Source: Vicugna vicugna (lineage: Eukaryota). From it: a stretch of DNA of 64,000 nt. The stretch is taken from positions 1,428,001 through 1,492,000 of the forward strand of contig MU061538.1 of NCBI GenBank assembly GCA_013265495.1, written 5' to 3'. The notes under the pieces were generated by a model. That model did no database searches. It saw nothing but the letters and a program-made list of their open reading frames with translations, and was not told the DNA's origin. Below, in pieces: positions 24,660-36,619 of this stretch (position 1 is its first letter; each line of letters starts with the position of its first letter). Both the position numbers and the translations under genes were made by a program.

Positions 24660-24870
24660 CACTGGCCAGTTAGACTCTGAAAACCAGAGGCTTCTCTTCG
24701 CGACCCTGAGAACCCCGGCCCCACTGGGTACCCCCGACCTCCAGATGGAACCACATCCTCCCGCACACGTGCCTCAGCTTCTCGGTCCTGGTGAGACGTC
24801 GTCTCATCACGTTGTCGCAGTAGCAGTGAGAGCAGGGGGTGGGGAGGTGTAAGTGCATGGACAGGAGGCA
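24660..24870 (+). mobile_element. MIR SINE, very degenerate
   Basis: tagactctgaaaaccaga...gtgcctcagcttctcggtcctg...gtgtaagtgcatggacag. Confidence 0.4.
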
Positions 24871-26357
24871 TTGAAGGAGAGGGCCCTGTGGCGGGGGAGG
24901 GGAGAGGAGGGAGGCGACACATGGGATGGCCTTGGGGTTTTTGAGGCTGTGCTGGTAGCTGGCGAACTCCCCCTAGTCCAGCACCAAACACCAGTGTCCT
25001 CTCTCCAGGCCCGAGACAGCCAGGAGGCTCCGGGAGGGGCCGTTTCTGCCCACAGCGGGGCCGGGCTGCCTGCTTCCACCAGTCCTGCGTCGAGTTTGCC
25101 GTCTCACTCAGTGGGTGCGAGAGGAGCCTGACGGCTTCTTGGGATGGAGCAAGACATCGAGCAGCTCCTTCCAGCTCGTTCCAGCAGGCGGGTGCTTCCG
25201 AGGGGAGCGTCGTTCTGTGTTGGTGCACTTTTGAGGGAGTGAGTTCACTGCTGCTTCCTTCGGAGCCGGGGTCTTGGTGGCCGTCTGAGGCCCAGCCGCA
25301 CCTGAGATGGATTTGCTGGGGAGCCTTTCGGATATGGCTGCTCTTTCCCCCGGGGCTGCCTCCCACAGCTAGAGATGGCCTTCCACACCGTGGGCTTTTT
25401 TGGGGGGATGTAAGTTTCATGCACTGCCACTGGTTTGGGGACAATGGGATTTTAAATTCATTCTCAATAATAAATACATTTTCTTCCTTGCTGCCAGAAA
25501 ACATTTACGTTTTCTGCCAAAGTCATTGCAGCCTAATCGATCAGCAGACACTAAGCATAGCCTGGATGCAGACGGGGGAGACTGATACTGGGGGCTGACG
25601 TGCGAAGTGTGGCGGCCACTGACGCTGGGGACGCTGTGTCTGCAGAGCCCCGTCTTCACTCCCTCTGACCATCCCCTCAGCTGTTCAATAGGTTTCTCTG
25701 TGGCAGACTCTGTTCTGGATTCATCTCTTTATCCCTCAGACCAGCTGCATGGTGTGAGCACTGACTGTTTATTTGCCAGGAGGTGGAGGGAGTCCCTGGC
25801 TTGCAGAAGGGACGGAGCCCAGGGAGACCGTCCTCAAGGCCGACTGTGTTTGGGAGCCAGGGCTCAGAAGAGGCCCTCGGGCTTCAGCCTTCATCCTGTC
25901 CTTGCAGAGCTTGCTGTCTAGACAGGGCGGCAAACTGTGATCCTGAGAGGCCTGGGGTGAGGGGGCAATGGGCTCCATCTCGGGGCCACTCAGCCTGCCC
26001 TCCCCACAGGCCCCCTCCCCACCCGTCATCCCATGTTTTATGGACGGGATCAGTCCAACCCATTCTCAGAGCAGAAAGGTGTCTCCCCAAGAAGGAAGCA
26101 CCTTTCCTGCTCCTTTCTGTATCATTTTCCCCATTGGTAAGTGGACGAGGGCAAGCTGGGCGCCAGCCTGAACCTCGCTCCATCTCCCAGGGTCTGCCCA
26201 CAGCGGAGATGCCCATGGCCGCCCAGGCCGGGTCTCCAGGCCACCAGGTGCTGTCGGGGCCGCCCAGCCTCCGCAGCAGCTGAGTCTCTTCTCGAGATCT
26301 GTCCTTCTGGGGCAGGGACTTTCCACCCATCCCTGCGACAGTAGATTCAGGAACATA

Positions 26358-26652
26358 GCTTAGTGAACAAACGTATGGTTCCTGGGGTGGGGAAGGGGGA
26401 TGGAACGGGGTGAACTGGTGGCTCGAGATGCAGATGCTAACGACTGTATATAAAATAGGTTAACAGCAAGGTCCTACCGTACAGCACAGGGACTCTATTC
26501 AATACCTTGTAATAACTTATGGCGAGAATGAAAAGCACGTGAGGAGGAGCACGCGTGCGTGTGCGGGTGACTGTGGCACCGTGCCGTGCTCCGGAAACGG
26601 ACGCAGCGTTGCAAGCTGACGCTACTTCGAATAAAAAAATAGAAATAAAAAT
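26358..26652 (+). mobile_element. LINE-1 3' UTR fragment, 3' half GC-shifted
   Basis: gaacaaacgtatggttcctgggg...tatataaaataggttaacagcaaggtcctaccgtacagcacagggactctattcaataccttgtaataac...ctacttcgaataaaaaaatagaaataaaa. Confidence 0.88.
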
Positions 26653-28219
26653 AACAGCATGTAGCTTCTCAAATGGGCAGGAGACAGAAGTTCTGAAAGG
26701 GCGGAGCAGAGGGCCTGATCAGAGGGGAACAAAGAGGAATTCCGCAGGCAAGGGACGCGGGGCCTTGGGAAGGGTGTTCAGCTGGCTCTCGTGGCCTCGA
26801 GAACCACTCCTGATGTCACAGGCCTGACAGATAATCAGGGTCTCATTATGCCGGGTGTCGGGGAGACGGGGGTATTTTCAGAGGGCGACTGTTTAAAAAA
26901 CAATTTCTGTCACCTGGCCCGCCCGGGCGTCTGGCCTGCCCGCCTCCGCGCCTCGCTGCTGATTTGGAAATAAATTATGCTGATTGCTCCCGATTTGAGG
27001 GCATCTGTCATCATTCCCCTCCAGATCCACCTCGGCCTCCGTGTGATGGCTGCTGGCCGGCCAGTCTCCTCCGGAGTGTGAACAGCCCCGGGCCCTGCGT
27101 GCTCCGAGGGGCTGGGGGCCTAATAGGGTGTCCGCCGGCCCCAGGAGCCAAGGTCCACCCTGGCCTGGAAGGATGTCCTCCTCCCCCCAGCCGTGGTCAC
27201 CTCCAGGCAGCCTTTCTCTGAAGTTCCCGGGAACCTGCCCACTGACCCCGGACGGTCCCCGCATCTGGCCGGGGCCGAGCTTTGTTCCCTGGCTGCACTT
27301 CCACTGCTCCCGAGACTCCGCTCCGTTGTTCTGAGACGGGGAGTCCTGTCCAGGACAGCTCCCTGCCTGTGCCCCTCCTCCCTCTCCCCCGGGCCTGATG
27401 TTTGCATGATGAAAACAGCAGTGGATGTTTGCGGGAGCCCAGGGCTTCCTCTGTGCGGGATTCTGAGGCTGGTGGTGGCCGTAAACGCATCCTCTTACAC
27501 GGCTGCGACCCAGGGTTAGGGCAGAGCTTCAGGACTGGGGTTGCCGGATGCGTTTACTAAAAAAGGGTGAGATAAAATAATAAACACAGGAACATTCTGA
27601 AAAATGGAGAGTTCTAAATGTGTGTCTGGGAGCTGTAACTGGGGGCCACCGTGGGACACAGGAGTCTGTGGGTGTCCGCACCCCAGTGTTTCTCTGGGGC
27701 TGGCCTGGCAGCTCTCAGCAGGTCCTCAGGGTGATTTGTGACCACTGACTAGCTAGCTGATTAACTAGCCAGGTAAATTAAGTCAGTGAGAGTCACAAAC
27801 ACATGGCATTGCTCTTACCCTGGTGCTGGTTAGAAACACTGCCAGTTTTGTGTAAATGCAGTGTCAGAACCTGATGATTTTTCCTGAGTTTCTGGAGGAG
27901 CTGGAGCAGCTGGAGGAGCCTGGGACCGGGGTCTAAGCAGGGCGTTTTACTCTAAGCCTCCCGTGACCCTACGGTGACGCACTGCTGCTCCTCCTGTGGG
28001 GTTGAGGGCTGGGCCACGTGCTTCCCTGACTGTCCATGAGCTGTCCGGAGCCGCCTGGGGACACGTGCTCCTCGCCATCGGCACCCTCCTGGGGCACGGA
28101 GCTCCTTCAGGGCCCCGGCTGCCTGGCGGACCCAGTTACCATGGGCTTTAGAAAAAGACCGTGAGAACTCCGCTTATTGCAAAAAAGCACCGCTGGTGTC
28201 GGCCCCATGTAGAGAGTGG

Positions 28220-28372
28220 TGCACGTGCAGTGTGTGCAGCTTGGTGAGGCTGGAGGTCAGACTGCCCGGTGGAACCGTCGCCACAGTCAGTGTCACAGCA
28301 CGGCTATCATCTCCAAAGCTTTCCTCCACCTTGTTTATTTAGTATTATTTTCTGGTGGTTAAAACACTGAGC
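28220..28372 (-). mobile_element. Old L1 (L1MA/MB-like) 3' UTR fragment
   Basis: gtgtgcagcttggtgag...gtggaaccgtcgccacagtcag...atcatctccaaagctttcctc...gtggttaaaacactgagcata. Confidence 0.55.
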
Positions 28373-28614
28373 ATAATGACCATCTCCACGTCCATCCATG
28401 CTACTGCAAATGGCATGGTTTCATTCTTTTTAATGGCCGGGTAATATTCCACTGTGTGAACATACCACAGCTTCTTTATCCAGTTGTCTGTCGGTGGATA
28501 TCTAGGTGCTTCCATGTCTTGGCTGTTGTAAGCAGTGCTGCTGTGAGCCCTGGGGTGCAGGTGTCTTTTTGGATTAGCGTCCCCTCTGGATGAGTGCCCA
28601 GGACGGAGTTGCTG
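28373..28614 (-). mobile_element. LINE-1 ORF2 C-terminal fragment
   Basis: ORF 28476-28667 contains [28 protein letters not shown]. Confidence 0.9.
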
Positions 28615-28761
28615 CCTTTAAAGCCTGCAGTGTTGAATTGGAACAGGAGATCTTGGTATAAACTCATGGTTTTAACATACTTGGGTGCGTAGCTAGCCAG
28701 CTGGGCAGGGGAATAGATGTGTATGTGAGTATCGGCATTTGTGTTTATAACACTTAAAAAA

Positions 28762-29635
28762 ATTTTATTTGTATTGACTCTTTCTGTTTTTAGCGCAGTT
28801 TAAGGTTCACAGGAAAACAGGCTGTGCGGCATAGATTCCCCCTGCCACCGCCCTCACGCGTGCACATCTCCCCCCAGTGTCCCTCACCAGATTGTGCCTT
28901 TGTTGCCGCTGATGCACTTACATTAGCCCATTGTGATCACCCAGAGTCTGTGGTTTACATAACGGTTCACTCCTGTGCTGCACTTCTGTGGGTTCGGACA
29001 CACGTGTCATGATGCATGGCCAGCATGATGGTACCAGATGCTGTATTTTAGGTCCCTGCAAATCTTCTGTGCTCCCCCTGTTGATCCCTACCCCATTCCA
29101 ACCCCTGGCAACCACTGGTCTTTTTGTCGTCTCCATAGTTTTGCCTTTCCCAGAATGCTACATGGCTGGAATCACACGGCGTGCAGCCTTTTCTGACTGG
29201 CTTCTGTCACCTAGAAATGGACCTCTAAGGTTCCTCCAGGGCTTTTCACGGCTTGACAGATCGTTTCCTTTTGAGGCTGAATGACATTCCAGCATCTGGG
29301 TGCACCACAGTTTCTCCATTCACCTACAGAAGGGCATTTTAGTTCTTCCCAGATTTTGGCAGTTATGAGCAAAGCTGCTGCAAACACCGTGTGCAGGTTT
29401 TTGTGTGGATATACCTTTTCGACTCCTTTGGGCAGATCCCAGGGAGCACTACTGCTGGATCGTATGGTGAGAGCGTGTTTAGTTTTATAAGCAACTGCCA
29501 AGCTGTCCACCGAAGTGGCCGCACCCTTTTGCAGCCCGCCCAGCAGTGACGGCAAGTTCCCGTTGCTCCGCATCCTCACCAGCATTCGATGATGTCAGTT
29601 TTGGAGTATGGCCGTTCCGATTCTTCGCGGTGGTT
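28762..29635 (-). mobile_element. Old L1MC-like 3' end + ORF2 end
   Basis: tttttagcgcagttttaaggttcacagg...atcacccagagtctgtggtttacat...cccctggcaaccactggtctttttgtcgtctccatagttttgcctttcccagaatg...gttgctccgcatcctcaccagcatt; ORF 29211-29585 has FAAALLITAKIWEELKCPSVGEW. Confidence 0.9.
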
Positions 29636-29815
29636 CTTTCCCTGGCCACAGACGGCTTCCCCACGTGTGTGTGACGAGCAGTAGCTGACTGAAGGCTCCG
29701 GCGGGGGTCCCTGGGGCCCTCTCCTCCCCTGGGCTCCGCCCTGTGGCTGCAGCCCTCTCAGCCTCCCGCCCCGACGTCCAGCCCTGATTCCGCGGTTCAG
29801 GGAGCTGCCTGGGTT

Positions 29816-29837
29816 CCCCCCCCCCCCCCCCCCCCCC
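29816..29837. repeat. Poly-C run (22 nt)
   Basis: Uninterrupted C22. Confidence 0.95.
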
Positions 29838-29909
29838 ACGAGAGTCTCCTGGCTGCAATAGACTGGGGCAGCAGTGAGTGTCACCTCATCTGTTTCTCAT
29901 TTCTAAGGG

Positions 29910-30025
29910 GTCAGTGCTTTTCGCTGTCTCATGTCCAGTGTGTTAAGCACCATTTTCCATGTGTTTTGTCCAGTTTTTTCATTGTTTCGTGCAGAAGGTC
30001 CTTGTTGTTCCATCCTGGCCGAAAC
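29910..30025 (-). mobile_element. Old L1M 5'-region fragment
   Basis: ttttgtccagttttttcattgtttc...ggtcccttgttgttccatcctggccgaa resembles the recalled L1ME 5'-end antisense. Confidence 0.45.
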
Positions 30026-30054
30026 AAAAGTCTTAATTTTGGTGGAATTAACTG

Positions 30055-30149
30055 TGGTGGTGGTGGTGGCTTCTAATGGAGGCACTGGGGGTTGAACCCA
30101 GGACCCCGTGCACGCTGAGCATGTGCTCCACTGAGCGACATCCCTCCCC
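30055..30149 (-). mobile_element. tRNA-Ala-derived SINE (vic-1-like) with TSD
   Basis: ggaggcactgggggttgaacccaggaccccgtgcacgctgagcatgtgctccactgagcgacatccctcccc; TSD gaattaactg at 30045-30054 and 30150-30159. Confidence 0.92.
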
Positions 30150-30239
30150 GAATTAACTGGTTTTAAAGGATAAACTTAAATGGTGGTTTTTGGTTACTTT
30201 CCTGAACCTGGTGTTGACCATGTGTGTAAGAAGAAAGTG

Positions 30240-30360
30240 GACCTAGAGTGGGACGCAAGGAACCTGAGGTTTTAGAACCAGCTCCACCCCTTCTCACGTG
30301 TGGCCTTGGGGACCTCGGTGCCCTGCCTGGTCCATCTCATATCCCGAAAACGGGGGTGCA
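30240..30360 (+). mobile_element. MIR fragment
   Basis: ggacctagagtg...gaacctgaggttttagaaccagctccacc...tgtggccttgggga...ctcatatcccgaaaacgggg. Confidence 0.55.
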
Positions 30361-30524
30361 GGGGTGGGGGTGGGGCTCTTCGGTCCGTCCCGGCTCTCAT
30401 GTCCTGTGATGCTATTTGGAGATTTAGCCTGGATTATATGCAAGCAGGCATCTACTAGGTACTTATTAAGACTCTGATACGTACCCAGCAAAATGCTGAA
30501 CATTACATGTTTGAAAAAATTGTA

Positions 30525-30740
30525 TAATGTGGCCTCTACCAAGAAAGATGTTAGTGAGTAGTTGAAGATACGAAACTAGCTCATGAGAAGTCATTGGAAA
30601 ATCAGCTAGTTTTGGCACTCGCATCGCTACAAAGCGTGTAAGCATTTAGAAGATAGGTCATTTTGAATTGGAAAAGTTGTAGTAAATCTTACAGAGGATG
30701 TCGAATCAATTCTTCAGGACTTCCAAGAATTCATGTGTGA
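30525..30740 (+). mobile_element. L3/CR1 LINE ORF2 3' fragment
   Basis: aagaaagatgttagtgagtagttgaag...ttggaaaatcag...ttggaaaag...agaggatgtcgaatcaattcttcaggac follows the recalled CR1 'KKD.E.LE.VQ...GLE...LEKRRLRGD..VFK' region, heavily decayed. Confidence 0.45.
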
Positions 30741-31013
30741 TGGGTAGTCTCTGAACAGGCAGACACGTGGAGCAGACACCCTCGGCTTTGGGCTGCTTGC
30801 CCGAGCCCAGAAGCAGTGTCAGGAGAGAGAGGGGCCAGATGTGCTGGGCCGTGGCTTCACCGAGGGCAGTGTCGTGCTGGGTGTGCGTCTGTGTCGTTTA
30901 CAAAAAGAAGAATTAGAGTTCTTCACTCAGTAGTTCGCTATTTTTCTTTGTCAAAAACCAACTTTTTAGAAGGCTACGAACAGCATGTTGTACGGCCATG
31001 GAGCTCACACTGA

Positions 31014-31150
31014 GAGGGAGCCTGGGAAGGCTTCCTGGAGGAAGTGACAGAGAAAGTAAAACCTGAAGGATGAATGGGAGTTGGGAAGGGGGGAGGGGAA
31101 CTGGTTGGAGAAATGAAATAGCAGGTACAGACATCCAACGCCAAGGAGTT
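31014..31150 (-). mobile_element. L2 fragment
   Basis: gggaaggcttcctggaggaagtgaca...aacctgaaggatgaatgggagttgg is a hallmark antisense L2 motif; it probably continues at 31475-31600. Confidence 0.75.
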
Positions 31151-31259
31151 TATGATTCAGGCAAATCAGTAAATCACGCCATAGCCGGGGGCGACGTGGC
31201 AATATTTGAGACCAGCTCTCAGGGCCTTCAGTGAGGGGACTGCCCCCTTCCTTGGTGCA

Positions 31260-31465
31260 TGGCCCCCTCTGCCCCTGCAGCCCTGATCACACTGGGCTGC
31301 CCAAATCTGCCAGCATCATCCCCCTAATTTAAGGTCACCTGACTCACATCCTTAACCGCACCTGCTACCCTAACTCCTCTTCACTGTGGAGCCTGACGCC
31401 CTCACAGACCCCAGGGTCTGGGATTCGCAGATTCTTTGGGGAGCGGGGACAATTCTGCTTGTTAC
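31260..31465 (-). mobile_element. MLT1 (ERVL-MaLR) LTR fragment inserted in L2
   Basis: gatcacactgggctgccca...tttaaggtcacctgact..ccttaaccgcacctgc...ctcacagaccccaggg...ggattcgcagattctttgggg...acaattctgc. Confidence 0.65.
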
Positions 31466-33904
31466 GGTGAAACTATGCTGCTGAGAGTTCAAGTAAAATA
31501 AACACTGAAAAGTTTCACTAAGTCAAGAAGTCAAGGGACAACTGGGGAACAGAATTTAAGAGGGAGGCCCAGTGAGAAACAGGTGGAGGGTGACAAGGGG
31601 GAAGGCCCACTTGGGATGCCGTCTCAGCCGCCGAGGAGGCGCGAGCTCCCGGGGGTCTAGGGGCAGCGCGGTGGAGCTGGAGGGCTTCCGCGTGCAGGCG
31701 GGAGGGGGGCTCTGCTCGGGCTGCTGTGTGGGTTTGAACTCTCCCTCCACCCCTGCAGACCTCGGCCGTGTGCCCAGGGCGGATGCAGTGCTGGCCTCAC
31801 CCGCGGAATGGGTCTCACGAGCCTAGGGACGTGGCAGCACTTTGTCAAGTTCAAGATGAGTAAGAGATGTCACTTCTGGTGGTCTTCCCCAGCCGCTGAT
31901 TTCTATCAGAAACTCCAGTTTTTGCGTTTTCTTAATGCTGAGATTATTCCAAGACTCCCTGGCTGGGAGCAGGACAGCACCATGGTTTCTTTGCTCGGTT
32001 GCTTCCAAGTCTCACAATTGTCTCACCATCTTTTTTCTGTTTTCAATGGAGCCACCAAAGTTCTAGCTTTGCTTTCTTCATCGCTGCGTCGTCCTGGGTT
32101 GTCGTGATCGGAAATCCGCTGTTACTATTCCAGCCAGCAACCCGCAAGAGCCGCCTGGCCCCCGCCCCTCTCCTGGGAGGCAGGAGAGGGCTGGATGAGG
32201 CTTCCCGTGCCCCCCTGGAGCCCTGGCGCCTGGCCACGGGGTTGCCATGCAGTCCCCCGACCATTGCTCAGAATTCCTCTCTAGATGGAATAATGAATGA
32301 TTCAGGATTGATTGTGGCTTAAACATACAGTGCAGTGCTTTAGTCTCACATGTAAACCACTGGCTTTTTAAAGGTGGGGATGCATTGTTGAGTTCACAAA
32401 ATATTCACCAAAAATGATACTTTTCATGGAATTTTAGTCTGAGACAGAGCCTGTTGGAATGAGGACGATGAGAAAGGGGCTAACAAAGGAATTACTGGCA
32501 AACCACAACTAAACACCCTCTAAAAGGACGTTTATCATGTCCTGAGGGCTGCCACAGGAAGACCAGGGCTCCAGCCTCCCCGCCACGTGGTTTTAGCCAC
32601 ATGTGTGAACGTGGCCGTGAAGCTGAGGAGAATGACCTTTGGGTTGCGGGTTGCCTTGACTGAACTAATTGTGACCCCGTGTGGGTTCTTAGTAGCTCGC
32701 CTTTGAGAAGAGTCATACGATTTCATGAAACACAGTCCAATATAACAGACACCTGATGATGGGGAAAAACCATTTAGAGTGAAGTACGTAAGAGGGTCAG
32801 GAAGAGTAGGACGGTGGGGGGATTTGAAGCCACCGAAAGCGTTCTGTCCCATGTCCTTTAACCAGACAGTGGCCGACACAGGGTACGTAGAAGTGAAGGC
32901 ATCTCCTATTGTCTCCTGAGTGCCTGATGCTGACTTCCTCACGTTGTGGACTTCATCTTCTAGTCTGTAAGCCACGCCAAGGTCGTGGTTTTTGGCAGAA
33001 CGTCAGTGGCGCGTCTGCTGCGTGGCATGATGTCCTCCCCCAGTAATTTCTCAGGCCTTTGGGAGCAGGGAACACAGGGAAAAGAAAGAGAAGTTGAAAT
33101 AAATGAGGGAGATATAATTGTCCCTTTCATTTTAAGAATTCCACCTAATTTCTGCTTCCCAGGAGTACAGAATAAGTAGTTTTTCCTCCTTATTTAAGAA
33201 AAGAATTAATTTGATTCCTCTAATTGGAACACTTTTATCTGCTGATTACCAACTGGAGCTGGGAATCATGAATAAAAGTTTAGAATTACAATTCAAGGGA
33301 ATAGTGTCGCTAAATGATTAAGTTATCTGCAAAAGGAAAAAGCAAGTCCAGATAAGATGAGGTGTTATTCAGGGCTGCTGGGCCATTCTTGCAAGCCCAG
33401 TCCAGGGGATGTAACATGAGATATGGGGTGATGGCCAATCTCAGAGATGCTCGACCACTAACAAGACATCACCTCACATGGGGACACAGTGGGCGTGCCC
33501 AGGTATGAGGGACAAGGCCTGAGAGGTCAGGAACTACCCTTGGGCGGTGGACTTGCAACCTCCTTCCAATTGTGTCTTTTTCTCTCCCCTTTTTGGCTCT
33601 GAGCGCATGGTTCCCAGCACAGTACTGTTGTGTCAGGAGAACTCCAGCGCTGGCCAGAGGAATCAAAGTATCACCCGGGTAGAGTGGACATGGGCTGTGG
33701 GTGTCAAGAGTCAACAGTAAAATGGCCTGCTGGCTGTCCACTCCGAGTGATTGCTCCACCTCTGTGTCCAATGTACCAGTTAGGGGCACCTGTCCTTGGA
33801 AGCAGGTGAAGCAGTGCCCAGAGTCGATCTGCCCGGAGAAATGCAGATCTAGAGCAACCACCACTGCCGCCGCCACAAGAAGACACACGTACACAGCTGG
33901 AAGA

Positions 33905-34990
33905 TGAACCCTCCTCATCTCTAGAGTTACTGTTACGAAGCTACAGTAATCAAGACATGCACTGGACTAAACACAGATGGCAGACCAATGTGCAGAGTCC
34001 CCAGGTGAGCCCACAGACAGGTGGAAAAGTGAATTTTGAGAATGGTCAAGAGGCAATGCATCAGAGGAAGATACCCCTTCCACAAATGATGCTGAGTACC
34101 GGGATCTTCAAGAGAAAGGAGACCCACCCCTACCTCACACCACCTACGAAAGCCACCTCCAGTAGCATCCGAGACATCGTAAAGGTGAAGGCTGTGACAT
34201 TGCTAGAAGAAAAGCCAGGTGGGTGACTGCGGCCCTGGCTCGGCAGCGACTTCTTAGAAGTGATACCAAGAGGGTGACCTGAAAAGAATTGATAGTTGGG
34301 CTTCCTCAAAATTAAAAGCTTCTTTTCAAAAGATACTGGTAAGAGAATGGAAAACGAGTCACAGACTGGGAGGAGATCTTTGCAAGGCGTGTATCTGATA
34401 AAGGAATTGTTTCTTGAATGTATGAAGAACCCCCAGACACCACAATAAGAAACTAAGCAACACAGTAAAAAACAACAGAGGGGAAAGATTTGGACACTTT
34501 GCCAGAGAAGACGCAGGTGCTAAGGAGCCTCCAGGAAAGGGGCTCAGCGGCCTCACGCGCTGGGAAACGCAGGTAGTAGCCTGGCACGGCGCCTGTGAGG
34601 CGTGCCAGGATGGACAGGCTGCCCGTGCCCTTTGGGGAGGGCGGGACGGGAACTCGGCACTGCCGACCAGATGGTAAACGGACACTCTGGGAAAGAGCTT
34701 GCTGGTTTTACAAACAAGCTGAACATCTAGCTGCCCACTGCTAGGGGTCTGCCCAAGACAGAAGGGACCGTACTTCCGTGAACAGCTACGTGCGGCAGCT
34801 TTCTCTGTAGTGAGTGAAAACCAGAAACAGCCAGCAGGCGTGCCGACAGCTCAGTGGGTGGGCGCAGCGCGGAACCCGAGCTGTGGACTGTCCCTCGGTG
34901 CGACGGGGCGCGTGCCCCTGACGCGCACAGCAGCGGGGTGAAGCGCCATCCTGCGAGGGAAAGAAGCGGGCGAGGGAAGAGCATGTGCTG
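33905..34990 (+). mobile_element. Old L1MC/MD-like ORF2 3' part + 3' UTR
   Basis: aagctacagtaatcaagaca...ccctacctcacaccac...ctagaagaaaa...cttcctcaaaattaaaagcttc...cacagactgggaggagatctttgcaaggcgtgtatctgataaaggaattgt. Confidence 0.88.
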
Positions 34991-35439
34991 CGAGGCCCCC
35001 TTGCCTGTGGAGTGCGAGCCATTCGCCCGGTGATGCCTGCCCCCGGGTCTTCACGCTGCCTTGGAGTCTCATGCTGGGCACGGCTGGACCCCATGAGTCA
35101 CTCCTGCTGAACAGACTTGGCACCTGGTGGGCTGTCACCCCCTAGAAGGTGGCGTGGAGTCTGGGCCTCCTGTCCTGGGCTCCCCGTCACTCATCACTTG
35201 CGTGGAGGGACTCCAGCTGCCTCGGGGTGTGAGTTGCATGAGCGAGGGAACCGATTCTCTGCCCAACAGCCAGTGAGGACCTGAGGCTGCCCGCAGCTGC
35301 GTGAAGAAGCTTGAAACCAAATCCTCCGTCCATCAGGCCCTGAGATATTGGAGAAAGAAAATGAAAAAGAAAGAAAATGAAAAAGCTTAATAAATGGAAA
35401 ATGTGCAGTAAGACACAATAGCTGACCTACTAGCACAGT

Positions 35440-35680
35440 TTTTACATAAATGTGAATAGTTCAAGCTCATTGATCAAAAGGAAAAAGACTCTCAAATTCT
35501 AAAACCAACAGATGAGACCCAGAAACATGTCATGAGCAAGATTTACGGTGCAAAGGTCAGAGAGGCTGGGAATAGAACAAAAAGAGATGATCCGTTCCAC
35601 AGAAACGTGGAAGTAAACGGAAGCCAGAGGAGCAGTTTTCGATTTGCGTAAAGCACAACTTAATGGAAATCGCAAGAAAG
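35440..35680 (+). mobile_element. Old L1 ORF2 endonuclease N-terminal fragment
   Basis: ttacataaatgtgaatagttcaa...atcaaaaggaaaaagactctcaaatt resembles L1 EN 'TLNVNGLN.PIKR.RL..W'. Confidence 0.55.
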
Positions 35681-36619
35681 AAGAAAGATAGATGTACTCA
35701 TAAAAGTCACTTTGCCTCCCCTGGGCCGGAGGCAGGGAAGGGGCGGGGAGGGACGGAGCGTGTGCTGGGGGGCCTGGCTCCCGGAGGGGCGAGGGGCGGG
35801 GAAAGGTGGTTCCCTTAAAAAAGCACCAGCGGAGGGAATCAGGGAAAAATAGATGAAGTAGTGGATGCTGATTTTCGGTGCACACCTCTCAGAGACAGGT
35901 GGGACGAGCGACAAGAAATAAGCAGACGTGGCTGCGTCCAGTCGTGGTGAAGCAGGTCATTCAGACCAGAACTTGCGCTGGGACAACAGGAAACCACATG
36001 TGCACTGCACACGCCCCACAGTGCACACCCGCACGCGCACAGGGGTGCGCACACACACGCAGTCGGACACACCTGGAGAAGCCACTGGAGAGCCCTCGGC
36101 GGTGAAGTGCTGGGTCGGGGGCTGGGGACGCCTGAGCCGTGCAGGTAGCCGCCGAGCTCCAGTGGCTTGGACCCCTGGGGGTCCGCTGCACCTCGGGGGG
36201 CAGCTGAGAGGCCGTGTGTGCACATGTGTGCAGGGGTGGCGGCTGTCTAGGTCTAGGGGGCACCCGGGGAGCCACCTCGTCTCCCGGGTCCTGCGCGTCT
36301 GCTCCTTGGGAGGAGTCCATGATGGCTCAGCAGCCATGCTGGTTCAGTTGAGCCTCACGTCTTTGTGTGAGATAAGGCTCGAAGTTTTGTTTTGCTTTGC
36401 GCCTGTTAGCTGTTATTTCATTTGTTGAAAAGACTGATCTTGCCTCATGGGATTACCTTGGAAGTTGTGTGTAAAGTCAGCAGACGGGGTCTGCGCGGCT
36501 GATGTCCCGCCTCTGCTGTCCCGCGGAGCTGCGCTCGGTCCTCGTGTCAAAACCGGCCTGTGCTGCCAGCCCAGCCCTGGGGGAGTCTGGGCATCGGAGG
36601 GCTCAGTCCCCGACCCTGG

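Noticed and set aside
24251..25504. Longest ORF (417 aa, minus strand) as a gene
   Set aside because: No recognisable domain; P/G/R/S-rich composition expected of chance ORFs in GC-rich DNA; it crosses a probable MIR remnant.
27892..27919. ctggaggag x3 (LEELEQLEE) as a coiled-coil exon
   Set aside because: A 9-bp microrepeat with no extended ORF or convincing splice context.
13198..36265. CTCF-like motifs (13202, 23812, 36248)
   Set aside because: Only partial matches, expected by chance in GC-rich DNA; not supportable without PWM scores or conservation.
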